From assembly GCA_977030845.1 (NCBI GenBank), contig OZ365110.1, positions 48,732,001 to 48,796,000 on the forward strand: DNA of 64,000 nucleotides, read 5' to 3'. Below are positions 11,463-23,750 of the stretch, piece by piece. Position numbers and translations under genes: made by a program. The first letter of the stretch is position 1, and every line of letters starts with the position of its first letter. Below the pieces are notes generated by a model. It saw only the letters and a list, made by a program, of their open reading frames with translations. It searched no databases and was not told the origin of the DNA. The DNA is from Fimbriosthenelais zetlandica. Taxonomy: Eukaryota.

Positions 11463-13642
11463 CTGAAAACAGAAAAAAGACATTAGCATAAGACATCCGA
11501 GTCAAGCAGGTTAAATATTTATGATGGACTAGCATCTGCTACCCTTATCTCTTTGACAGTCGTCTCCGAATTAGTGTAGTAAAAGTACTTTTGATGACTT
11601 TTGTCGACAATGGGACAAAGAATAGACTCAAATAATATTCCACTATATTTATATCAATAAAAACCTACATAATAATAATTTTAATAATCATAAAGACTTA
11701 ATGAATAGTGGAAGGTCTCACAAATTACAGTGTGAGGTGGTGGGGAATCTTACTTACACCTATCTTACAGTGTAAGCGGAACTTAAACATTAGTATGTAC
11801 ATACAAAATAATCAATCGAATGTGTTTTGATATTCTGCCATCAAACTAAACAGCTAAACTACTTCATTGAGGAGTGCAAGTATATTCTTTGCAGATTGAC
11901 TGGACGGAATTAGAATATGAAGAACAAATAGATGTGTGGTAAACCCCATTAGACATAAGGACGACATGAAGGACTTCTGTGAACTGTAGAAGGCACAATA
12001 TTAAAACTTATGTGTTGGATTCTCATGCAAAACCAATCGAGAGCGAAAAACTGTTCGAGTAAACAGGAAATGTAATCATGATCTAACTAGTCAGAAACAC
12101 ATTCAACGGTTAGTAAGTTGTTAAAATGTCAAACAATGCATAAATAGGCGCAGTATGATGTATAGGAAATAGAAGGGGGAAAAATGCCAAATGTACAAAG
12201 ACACTTGACCTTTGTCTGTCAGAATGCAAATGTCAACCCTGTATTTCCCACTTAATCAAAATAACTAGGAGGGATAGAACTTGGTGATAAAATAGTGATA
12301 GAGAGAGAACAATACTCAATACACACAGCCCTCTTTAAACAGAAAATTCCAAATGTCAAAGATATATTGAGCAATATTGTAAACATTGTTTTAGATTGGT
12401 TAGTGTCTCAGAGACACAGATTGGTCCTCGCGTTGGCTCATGGCTTAAATCCAAGCATGATTAATGTTTTTGCCTCATGTAGAACTTAACGGGTTATAAA
12501 GGTTAATTATTTCACAAGTCCAGTCTTATTAATTAACATCTTTTTTTTCTGGGAGGTGGTGAACACCTTACAAGAATTCATTCCGAAATCAACAGTGGCA
12601 TATCCAATACTTGGTTAGGTGCCTCGGTGCTTCCCAAGTTCTGGTACTTCAGACATGGCAATATTTAGTAAATTTCCAACTGGGGAGAAGGGGGTATGAT
12701 TGTTGCAGGTCCGAACTTTGCACACCTTTCCTTTGCTTAGTGTCAATATTTCTGAACCATGTAAACGGATATGAATAAAGATGTAAAAGTAAGGATAATA
12801 AAAGTCTTGAATCTAAGAGTGCAAAGACCTGATGACAGGTAAAAAATCTATGGTCAAGTGTTAGGAGTGTGAAGAGGGCCTTAGAGTGTGTGTAGTAACT
12901 TGAATTACGATGAGAGTGGAGCCTACTTACCAGACGCGCTGGTCTGCAAACCTTGTAAATGGCTCTCGTTAAACAAGCTTAGACAACAATGGTGTGGCTA
13001 GGTGAGGTGACAACAGCGCTATCATCAATATATACAGGCATAATAACCGCACTTACTCTTACCGAAATTAGGGAAAAGTTACATTATATCATAGTGGGAT
13101 TTATCTGGCAGGTATTCAACTTAATCAGTTGACTGGTCTAAAGTGGGTCTCAAGCATCAACTGATGAGAGAAGCATGAGATACTGGTTCAAATCAGAGAT
13201 CACTTCAATCAGGGCATTGTCTGATTGTCTAGGTTGGATCAACAAAAGGATTTTACTCCTTATATCTATATACCTATATCTGAATTCACCAATACCTTTG
13301 ATGAATTCATGAAATTGTGCCCTGGAGGAAGTATCCTCGAAGGTAAAACTCCAGATAAGGAAGGTATTTTTAATACGAAGGCCGAAATCTGAATTCTTTG
13401 TTAATCTCATTTAATAAGAATACTACTTTATCTTGCATTTTATTTCATTTTTTCGTTGGGAATGGTTCATGGATGAAGGAAATTTTGAAATCAAGAGGCA
13501 ACTGAATATGTACCATGGTCCAACAATGTAGATCTATCCTAGCGAATTCAGCTCCTGCCAGAGTCTTTTTTGGAAGAAAAACTAGAGTGACGAGAGCGCT
13601 CTTGTCTAAGGTGTGAGTGCGTTAGTGGATATAAATACATAC

Positions 13643-13791
13643 CCGTACCCTTGATAACTATATCCCTGTTGTACATAGGGCGGTTGGGTGTAGCTCATCT
13701 GTTGTGTCATGGCTGCTTGCTGATAGCCCTGGTAGTAATAGCCAAGCTGGTTGTAGTAGGGCTGACCGTAGGGCTGCCCTCCATACTGCTG
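13643..13791 (-). CDS. TIA1: TIA1/TIAR-family exon, Q/Y/G-rich prion-like domain part 1
   Basis: Acceptor ttcttccag| with in-frame alternative starts at 13788 and 13785, donor GG|gtatgt. 149 nt, phase 0 to 2. Translates QQYGGQPYGQPYYNQLGYYYQGYQQAAMTQQMSYTQPPYVQQGYSYQGY(G). Phases fit both neighbouring exons. Confidence 0.92.
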
Positions 13792-14676
13792 CTGGAAGAA
13801 TACCAAAGATAGGAAAAGGTTAAATACAATGTGTAGAGAGAGCCATTGATCAGGGAGACGCTAACTAGAACAAGCACCAATAAAAGTAAAGGGGTAAGAA
13901 AAAATCATGCAATAACCAGCGGGCATCATGTTCAGGAGCATTGATAGTCTGGATTTTGGAAAGTAATATTTATTTTCTTCGAATGTCCATGGAATTTCAA
14001 GTTCAAGTTTAAAAAGTAAGAAATTTAAATGCTTGAGGAATTCTTGATGCCCCCTGGTTACTTCTCTATGTAGACACTTTGTATTTTGCCATTTCATGTG
14101 AGTATACACATGGAAGGTTTGTTAAACAACATCAAGATGAAAAACATTGTTATAATGGACACACCTTCAGCCAGCTCGTTTTGTTTTTTTCAGAAAAATT
14201 GCATTGTTCTAAAGACCGAAAACCAAACCGAGGAAATGCCTTTTGTATTTGATTTTTCATAGTAAGGATATGATGGGCTCAGATTATTGTAATAAGGCAG
14301 GGTGAAGGTATTTCCCTACAGAAAGGTTCCAATAATACAAGTAGAAAGGTAAATGTTGAGACTGGATGGCTCATGACATACCATGCCCAACAAATGATCC
14401 ATGCCCAAGGTAAAAATGACCAGCCCCAAACCACAAATGTTTCAAGGCGTCCACCTTTCCCATAGCTTATGGATATATACAGTAATACATTAGTTCTTCC
14501 AAGAAATACCCTTCTCAATGTTTCTGCACCAGCAATGTGGAAGCAATACAAGCAATCTTATCTTAAATTTGGAAAAATTAACTTCATCAGAGACCATGTC
14601 CATAAGCTATGGTTAAAATGTACAATGCACCCAGTGCATACCAATTTGATAAAATGTTTTCTGTAGATTTTTGACG

Positions 14677-14722
14677 TCAGGAGGTAGAACCCAAGCACCA
14701 GGACTCGGGGTTCAAGCCCGCT
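14677..14722 (+). mobile_element. Possible degenerate tRNA-derived SINE head
   Basis: B-box-like GGTTCAAGCCC at 14709-14719 with a weak A-box-like TCAGGAGGTAGAAC upstream. No cloverleaf. Confidence 0.25.
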
Positions 14723-15101
14723 GATTACACTGAATGATACATATGAAATTAGCAAGGACCTAATGCCTAAGATTATTAAGTCATGAGGTTGACGATGATG
14801 ATGATGAAGAAGTAGAAGAGAAAAGATAATTTAAGTCCATCTGGGCAAGTGAAGGAATGTTAAAAAAAAGAAGGAAGAAGCGATGTGGGTTTTTCTCACT
14901 ACTATTTTCACAACCAGAAAGCTAGGAGAGCATGCCTCTGTAATAATAATAATGATGAGACAATAGTAGTGATGGTGGGACGATGGAGGCATAGAAAAAG
15001 GCACAAATTTGAGGCATCATTTACAATTTATCATGTACAAGAAGAAAAATGCACTGTAGATTGTTGGAGGTGGTGTGAAAATGGCAATGAAGCGCAGAGC
15101 G

Positions 15102-15246
15102 CAGGACTATCGCAACAAAAGTTATCTTCCCAATGGTTAGTTTTTTTTCACTTGCCCGTCTGGACAGTCATGGAGTAAAATCCACTTGCCTGAATGCTGA
15201 TTTTACTTTCCCCGGGCAAGAGAGTTAGCCCTAGTGGTGAGGCCTG
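15102..15246. mobile_element. Possible small hAT-like non-autonomous element
   Basis: Starts CAGGACT and ends AGGCCTG. Internal repeats CACTTGCC (x2) and an inverted GGGCAAG. No matching 8-bp target-site duplication. Confidence 0.4.
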
Positions 15247-15356
15247 CGTTAGGTAACATTGAAACCATACAAAATGTGAGTCAGTAAAGAAGAGTTCTTT
15301 TATATTTAGTTGGGATAAGGAAGGAGGCGGAGGAGAAGAAGCTAGTGCAACGGAAA

Positions 15357-15623
15357 TAGGGTTTGGTTTAATAATAGGTTATGATGTGAGGGAGCTTTCG
15401 GGACTAAACGAAAAATTTATGGTCGAAAATAGGCTCTAGTGTTGAAGAGTTGTTGAGACCCAAACCGTTTTTTAGTAATTTAGTTTTCTTGAGAAAATTG
15501 AACATGAACATGAAATTAAACCGATATTTCCAATATAAGTTTTAATTAACTGAGAAAGACGAAATAAAACGTTGGTTTAATCATGAAAGCAGAACTAAAA
15601 ATGATGACCCATTCCCAACCCTA
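15357..15623. mobile_element. Possible TAGGG-terminus MITE
   Basis: Starts TAGGGTTTGG and ends CCCAACCCTA; AT-rich interior. No target-site duplication found. Confidence 0.3.
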
Positions 15624-16211
15624 GCAGGATGATTTCGTAGTTAAATAACAAAATGTTCTTCACCAAAGCGAAAGGTCATATTAGAATGAAAGAAAAATTC
15701 TAATGCAGTCCAAGAATATCTGATTTTTGCATGCTTTTATCGGAGAAAAGAGCTATTCTTGGACTAAGTACAAAGACAAAACAAGAAAAGCCACCATGCA
15801 ATGACTGAAAAAAGAAAGGGAAAAAATCCAGGTTGCCCAATATCCAAAGGGTGTTTAGTTCCAAAAATTTAACAAACGCACATTGCACTACAGAGCAGGA
15901 ATATTGTCCAGAGTATATATGTAGAATCCCAAAGAATTAAAAATTATTACAAAGAAAAAGATAAATATTGCATAGAAAGAAGAAGAAAATCAATATAAAA
16001 GGGCTGTTGATTTTCCCTAGTTTCATAATAAAGTTAATGTATACCAGTTAGTAGGATTAAGTTTTTAATGGAGTTTGCAGACAAAGTTGACCAGGTGTAA
16101 GAATACAACTTAAAAATTAGCGTGAGTGAAGTGGCATTGGCCTTTTAAAAAGCTTAGCTTTATATGGCTTAGCAGTCAGTATTTGACGGCAGGATCGAGG
16201 CTAGGACTCAC

Positions 16212-16377
16212 CGGCTGGGCAGCAACTTGTCCTCCCGTTCCTGCTGCTCCTCCAGAGTTGGAATTCTGACTTGGATCGCTGGATTCCTTTCCCCAGGAGC
16301 ATTTCACTGTGTGAGAGTTGATCTCTGTCCCATGTACTGACACAATAGCCTGGGCTGCAGCCTCTTTTGTAGAAAAT
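16212..16377 (-). CDS. TIA1: TIA1/TIAR-family exon, end of RRM3 and G/A/S linker
   Basis: Acceptor ttcttgcag|, donor CCG|gtgagt. 166 nt, phase 2 to 0. Translates [55 protein letters not shown]. Confidence 0.97.
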
Positions 16378-16840
16378 CTGCAAGAATTTAGTGAACATAT
16401 TATATTAAATCTAAATAACAAATATAAGTGTAACAAGGAAATAACGACTCATAGTAAACAAGCTCTTTCCACATGTTTATTTTCCAAAAATCCTTATCAA
16501 AAATTCTACTGTGGCAATTTCCTTTACGAGAGTGACTCTCTGAAAGCAGAAGCTTACAGAGCTATAGACACTAGGCCTTTGTGCGGTTTATGCTACATTA
16601 GTTATATCAGGCATCCACCGTGGCCAGAAACAAAAGAAGCAAAGCAACATTACGATGGGAGAGTATCTGCCTCACTCACTACATTACTGTGTAATAAAGG
16701 CCATTATCATTCAGAATAAGCCCGAGTTACTGCTGAAGCAGGCCAACTGTGTTCCCACAATCTACATCCCCCAACTCACCCCCACCTGCTCAAAGAAAGG
16801 GAGAGAATGTTCACATCAAAGAGGAAATCCTCTATCTTAC

Positions 16841-16925
16841 CTTACAAATGCGTATCCTTTGTCTTTGAAGACTCTGATCTCTTGAATATGACCGTACGTG
16901 CCGAATGTCTTCTGCATAAGCTCCT
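16841..16925 (-). CDS. TIA1: TIA1/TIAR-family exon, RRM3 RNP1
   Basis: Acceptor ttgtgtttgtag|, donor AG|gtaaga. 85 nt, phase 1 to 2. Translates (E)[27 protein letters not shown](R). Confidence 0.96.
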
Positions 16926-16999
16926 CTACAAACACAATAGAAGGATTAAAGCACATTTTCTAGCAGAACTCAGCGACTAGCGCTTAGACAAATAAACAC

Positions 17000-19700
17000 A
17001 AGGCAATGGCAATGGTTTTGTTACACAAGCTAAAGTAGGGTTTAGACAGAAGTGTAGGCCACCTTTCCCATCTGCAGGCCACCCTCGCTAACCGACAAGC
17101 GAGAGATTTTCCAGCAATGCTTTTGCCTCTCATGTGAGGGATGCTTTCTTTGCCCGTCCCGGGACAATGGCCACTTTACACTAATAGCCATGATGCATAT
17201 TTCCTGGTCAGCCAGAATACATAACCAGCTTTGAAGAGGGCAAGGAAGCCATTTCTTGCCAATAACCACCACAAGCTGCCAGCAAAGCCATTGGTTGACC
17301 AGTGGTCAGGGAGGAATGTAAAACGTGTGGTCCTATAGTTGAGCACGGTCATCTGGCTGCTCCTCTATACCAGCGTATAAATGGATTGTTCCAGCAATGG
17401 GCCATTGGGTTACGGCTAGAATACCAATCACTCCTACAACTAGCATTAAGTGTCCAAATTGATTCTCTACTGAAGAGTGTAAATACGCTTATAGAACGAG
17501 AGGTAAATTCTAAACAGTTAAATCAGATTCAGGCCTGGAGGCTGACCCAGTGTGGGAGTCTGATTGGGTGCTCTGATCCGTCATATACACAGGCATCAGT
17601 TATCATAGAGAATGAATCAAGTGTCATATAGATAGGCTTCAGGTCAAACGAAACCATCTAGTTAACCTCCAGAAAATAAAGCCCAATGTTTTTCTAGCGT
17701 TACGTGAAAAAAAATATCGCCACTGGTGAGAAGGTCAAATAAGGTGGCAAGAATGACGACCTGTGTATCACCAAAAGTGGGGCTTTGATTTAATGATAAA
17801 AGTAAATGTCATCTTCCGAGTTGAGGGCCTTTAAACTCCCCCACCTCCAGCCACTCCCAGCCTGTGAAGCTGAGATCTGGGGATTACAAGTACACTAAGG
17901 TAAACCTGTATTTCCCCTTATAGTGAACGATCCGTGCCCTTGCCGGCCTGAATTAGACACTACCCGAATCCCAAACCCATCATCTTTATGGCGGCTCATT
18001 TTTCTCCTGACACCATCAAACATGTGGGGGGCATTATTGGGCTGATGAATCATGGTCTGAGCATGTTATTGGTCGCTTGTTGGGTCAGCCTGATCTCTGT
18101 ACTCTGGTAGCTCAATGCTAGAGGTGAGAGTCAAGGTCAATGTATGGCGTTCTGCAGTCACATGATCCACCCCCAGCAGGGGGTTCTAGGGGGTCTTATG
18201 AGAATCAGGAATATCAAGGTCACGAACAAAACACAGCTGGAAGAATTAGGAGAGAGGACATTTCTTCTCCACTGACCAGCCTGGACTGAATCTAATTCTG
18301 AGCAAATCGCCCGATATCGTCCAAGGTGGCTGGCATGGACCAAATTGAAACAGAGTGGGTAGCAGGAGGCAGAAGAGGCAACATATTGTGATAGATAGGT
18401 CTAATGCTGGGGCAACAAGGGTCAACGGAAACAACTACAGGATCCCTGTAATTATGTGCTCCAGAGGATTTAATGCATCACCCATATCTACGACGTGAAC
18501 CGTGCCTCGTCCGTTATTTTTTTTCCAGAGCCGGTGTCAATTGGGAAAGAAAGACTTTTTAACTTAGAGATCCTGGAGGAAAAAAAGAAGCAGGGTTCCC
18601 AGGAAGACAGATGGAGAGGCAACGTTTCCAGGGGCAAACGACCAACTGAGGGCTTTTCCCGGGGGAATATACTGTCAAAACTAAGTGAGACTGATGAGTG
18701 GAGGCCAGCCCTAGAGCACCTGGATGCTCAACCTAAATCCTGATTCCTCATTTTACTATCACAGATAGCAGATTGAGGGAGAGCTGCAGTGGGTGGTCGC
18801 AATTTGTGAGGTATATATTGTTTCTCTTGGAAACGGAAATGTCCATGGTGCAAACAAGAGGATGCCAAAACTCATGTTAACAGCCATGCCTGATGGATGT
18901 GCAAGGGGTTTTCGATTTCACTTTCGATATGGCTTTTAGACTACATTAAAAGTACATCCGTCTTTGAGTAGGTGATTTTTACATCAGTTTACCCAGCATT
19001 ACTGAGCTGCGCCATTTCCATGACTTTCAAAAGAAAAGCAGTCTCTGATAACAAAGCAAACATAATAAGAGGCACAGATCTGACGGTCTTCAATTGAAGA
19101 AGCAAGAGTTGAGAAGTGACACATGTGGTTGATGTGAGTTGCACATGCTGTCAAGCCATGGACGGGCCAGGCATTCTTCAAATATCAATAAAGGCAAACA
19201 TTCCCATGTCTTTACATTGAAGAAGGATGTTGGATAGCAACGACATGGTTGTCATAGCAACATCACCTTTCCAGATTTTTGGCCCATGCTTGTGGGGGAT
19301 ATTGAAGGTAAACAAAAGATGGGCTGTGGATATTGATGGCTGACAGAGCAAACAGGTTGGGTGGGCTGAGAAGCAGGGTGGGCAGGAGTGGGGGGGATAC
19401 CCGAGATGTGAGGAACAAAAGATCAATCTCATTCACCTGTAGCTGGGAGGTAGGCCTTCTATTGGTAACATAAGACCCTTCCCCTTCCCCCCCAACAACC
19501 TCCCTCCCCCCGATCACCGCCCACCTGCAAAGGTATTCGCCCATGATTTCCAATCCTACTGATACCTCAAATCATGCTGACAATGACTGTAGCATCTCTC
19601 CATGGCTGAAGTTAATCAGGACTGCCATGCGCTGATTATAACTCGAGTGGGGGCTGGGAGACAGATAAAGGATGAGGTAACACAGAAAACATCCCTGGAA
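17000..19700 (-). mobile_element. Decayed CR1/L2-type LINE (endonuclease and downstream ORF2)
   Basis: ITICCL-F/C-LL at about 18361-18394 (tgcctcttctgcctcct resembles CLYRPP), RDLDIPD (cf. GDFNIPD), LTQQATNNML (cf. QxVTxPTRxNNIL). Boundaries approximate. Confidence 0.55.
19248..19261. promoter_or_regulatory. RFX X-box motif inside a decayed LINE
   Basis: GTTGTCATAGCAAC, with a second near match GTTGGATAGCAAC at 19229-19241. Confidence 0.4.
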
Positions 19701-21839
19701 GGAAATCGACTACTTCCAGTCTTTCATCATTTTCGATTGCGTGCCCCATCATAAATTAAGGCAAAATGGTAATTTGAATGGAGTGTATTTTATGTGTCAT
19801 CGAATAACTTAATACGCAATCAGACCAAATTACAGGACTGGGCGTATCATTGCTTGGCGTAAACCCTAAAGGCCTCAAGCATTGATACGGTTAAAAAGCC
19901 GCCTCACGTCAAATCAATTCTCTTGTTGGCGGGAGGAAATCCTTAGTGATCATTTGGTGCGATGGGTTCCGGTGATTTTGCCTCTGGAGGACAGAGATGA
20001 AAGTTGACAGGGCAATGGGTGCTGTTCTTTACTCCAGCTGGCCCAATTCTCTCTCAGTTTTCAAAATGAAAAAAAACAAGACTCGATACAGGGGCATTGA
20101 ACAGCCTTTTTTTTTTCTTAAACTATTCTTTTTCAGTTTTTTAAAGTTGAGGTTTTTCTAATACACTATTCAGTTGTTGAAGTGAACTTTGAATGTACAT
20201 CACCCTGAAAGATGCCACAGAGATGGATGAAAAAAAGCTAAAGTACTTCACTTCACCTCCCCTTCAGGGTTAATCTATCTCGGCTCTGAAATACCTGCCA
20301 TGCCAGCAGGCCCACTTCCAGCCAATGATTCATCATTAGATTTGTGCCACCTCGTGGGAAATATTTAATTCACCACTACACCAGGCTAAATGCATTCCAT
20401 TAAACTTAGAAGCATTTAAAGTGTTTGCGTTTAGGTTGTATGTTCATTACCCAAATGGAGCAGTGTTTAGATCTGGGAATTTGTCTTTACTTCCGACTTC
20501 CTTTTAGACGTGATTATTGCAAAGTCTAATTTGAACGGCCAAATTTTCGTTTCTCTGAACCGAATTCTAAATTCTGACTGGTTAAAATAAGACTTAGAAT
20601 GTCATTTATTCTCATACGATGCTTTAATCTGTGGCATGTCAGAGATAAGCCTTCTGGGGTTGATCTGGTACACAACCCTCTGTTATCCATCAATTATGCA
20701 CTGTGAGTAGACTCTGATATATTTAAACAGGGAGACGGCTGGTAGGACATGGCTATTTTTTCCACTACTTGCCAGGAACAGATGGATCTTTCAGCATGCA
20801 GGCTTGATCACGGTATAGTGCGCCTATGTGAAGGTAAAATCTCTCTTTTCTACCGGCCTGTAAAGTGCTCAGCAGCGGCTGGGCATGCTCATAGACCCCC
20901 TGAGCTTTATGTCAGCCCTCCTTAATCAATGCCTCAAAAAGCTAGCCTCAAACAGCAAGGCAATCCCCTCCTAATTGAATCATGGCATGAACGGCGATCC
21001 TGGCAGCTAGGCAACTTATCGCTTCTTGAGCCTGTAACCCCGTCGGAGACCCTCTCCCACCCCACTGACAACCCGCTGCAAATTATTCGCACCAAAAAGG
21101 CACACACACCAAGCAATATACCAGGGATCTGCCGCCCTCACAAACTTGTCTGCCGTTAAAATACAAGTAGGTTTACTTGATTGGAGAAGAAAAGTGCAAT
21201 TAATGGATGTTTTTCAAAAGATCGTAAACTGAAAGGGAGAGAGCAAAGTGGTTTAATTATGTGAGTTAAGCATCAAATAGAGGCGTTATGTTGGGCTGGT
21301 TACTGCTGTGATATGTTGCTATGAGCTGGGCAGGCTAACAGCAGTGTATCCAGCAGGCTTGTTGGACTAGTAATACAAAGACAGGAGGGGCTGGTGTCTT
21401 GGGAAATCAGAGAGCACAGCTGGCCTCTGATCCTCATTTACAGGCCCTGCCACCATCCAAAACCTTCTCCAGATCATGAATCCAAAAGGTCGAGGTCATT
21501 GTCAGACCTGCCGCGACCTTTCTGAGGTCGTAAACAGCATTTGACCAGGCCATCTCCCGGAACACACTGCGAAGGTCGCCAAGTGGGTTCTGCCCATGAA
21601 GAGAGACTAAGACACTACAGGCAAATAAAGGTTGAAAGACCAGAGGTGGACAAGCAACTGTCACATCTTTTGCCCTCTTTCTTTATTATTTCATTTATCT
21701 TAATAGATAACCCATGTACTTCATGTGAACAATAAATAACATATAAGTAGGGTGGCATATCTAAGTAGAGATCGAGGCCAAAAGTCGAAGCATATGACAT
21801 AAAAGCTTTAGATGAGTGTGATCAGATTAAGGCACGTAC

Positions 21840-21932
21840 CTGAGAGGCCATTGAGGATTCCCCCGCAGTAAACTGTGCAGTTAGTGGGACTGGACTGGTT
21901 GTAGACTTCCTCAAAACTCAGTGGCTTAGAGG
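21840..21932 (-). CDS. TIA1: TIA1/TIAR-family exon, linker and start of RRM3
   Basis: Acceptor tttttcag|, donor CAG|gtacgt. 93 nt, phase 1 to 1. Translates (S)[30 protein letters not shown]; [14 protein letters not shown] is diagnostic for the family. Confidence 0.97.
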
Positions 21933-22199
21933 CTGAAAAACATAAGAAATAATACAATAAGTTAAGTACTATGTTATATACTGTATAAATTCTGTCAAGA
22001 ATAATAAGTATATGTATCCACAAATCAATCAAGAATTACATACAAATCAAAAAGCCTGAGATTTCGTCATTGGAGAAAAGTTTCTAAACCTAAGAATGTA
22101 CCAGATCATATTTTGGAAAATAATTAAAATATTTAAGGCCATAAATTCACTTTAATTGAATGACTTCACTTATGGCGACTTCAGATGAGTTCAGCATTT

Positions 22200-23750
22200 C
22201 TCGATCTAAATGCCATGTTATTATCAAGATGCAAGTCTAAGCGCGATTGTTGGCGGCACTAAATGCCAATCTTTTCCAGGCGGTATACTTCATCAAAGGC
22301 TGCAATTTCTTGGCATTTTATCTCCTCTGGGCTTCATTTGGGGCAAGAAGGGGAATGAGGCAGCCTGTCGTTTTAGGGTCGATCTGGCACCATAAGGGCC
22401 ATTTTAGCCTTCTATGCTGGAGCTATCAATGGTCAAGCAATATGTCTGGGAAATGCCGCATGCCACCTGCCACCTGGGGTTCCAGACAGTGACCATTACA
22501 TGCGGTCCAACAATGGTCAGTCCCATACACAACTGATTGAAGGGTCAGCAAACAAAGACATGGGCAGTAAATCAGTGTCTGCCTCCCAAATGGAAATAAC
22601 TGGCAATATGGCAAACTTCTTCCCAGCCTCACTTTCTTGGCTTAGTCTGTCCAATAAGGGACTCTCTTGGCAAGAATGGCCAGGATGATTTCCTTGTTTT
22701 TTCAGACTCCTTTTCTGGCACAAATGACCTTCAGAGGAATACAACTGGTGGAGGGGAAAAGCGCCTCATCTCAGCGACAGCAATCAAACTATTGCCAACA
22801 GCACTTGTGGAAATGGGAGCAATGTCCCAAGTGTAAGCCGATGACAATTAAAGTTGGGTCTTTTTTTCAACGGCAGCAAATACAAATTGCCTGGCTTTTA
22901 TGTGTCTTAGTTTAACTTTGTAATCAAAACAATGTCAACTGATTTTGAGCCACCTTTTTCCCTTTCCCCAATATTCCACTGGGAAATTGAGGAGTTAACT
23001 TCATAAAGTCCAAGAGTTCTTCAAGTTCGCGACCTTTCGGTGCCAGTAATCAATCTGGCTTGGTGCGGAGGCTTTTTGTTCAGGAAAAGGAAAACTGGTC
23101 ATTAACTAAAGCTTGGATCTTGGGAATGTCCATAGTGGATTTAGCTCTATGAGCAATGTGAGAAGCGGTCCTAATCAGGGAGTATTTGGCTGGGTCCAAG
23201 GTCTCTGCTGATCTCCCCTCTGATCCCTATTTCATTGCTTCTTCCCCGATTTAGCCTGCTTCAGTGACAGTAGCAATGGATTGCTATCTCCTGAAAAGGG
23301 CACCTGCAACTTGAGGCAAAAGTCACTGACCTTTGAGTTAAAATCTCATCATCATCAAGCAGTAGATATTCTATTACTGGATCATATTACTTTTAAAATC
23401 AAATTCTGTTCTTTAAAAAACTCGGCCTTGAAAATAATCTGGGAGTTTTCTCCCAGTTGGGACTGTCAAGATGTTGGTAGTCAGTAGGATGACTCAGGGT
23501 GGTCTTAGCCAGGCTGGATCTCCAAGGCTCTGCCATCTGAAGCTATTGACAGACCAATTCATCACTTCTTTGGGCGTTAAATAACTATTGTTTCACAATC
23601 GTAGCCAGCATTCCCTGATGAGCATCACCATTCTGGGCCAGCAAGCACTCTGATCCTACGGCTTTCAGGTGATTGTCTTTTCCGACAATGTTTTCAGCCA
23701 AGCGCCAAGGGAACTGGCTCGATGGTGGAGAGCTTTCATCAATGCCGGCT
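22200..23750 (-). mobile_element. Decayed CR1/L2-type LINE RT fragment
   Basis: LFADP at about 22542-22556 (cf. the [LY]FADD catalytic motif), then LDLHLDNNMAF (cf. LGVxLDxxLSF). Frameshifts and stops throughout. Confidence 0.55.

Noticed and set aside
14382-14524. Possible cassette exon with an ATG|gtatgt donor
   Set aside because: Weak acceptor and no other support; within chance expectation.
23055-23085. KKPPHQ resembling RKPPAP
   Set aside because: It lies within an RT remnant and lacks the TNWA motif and splice sites.
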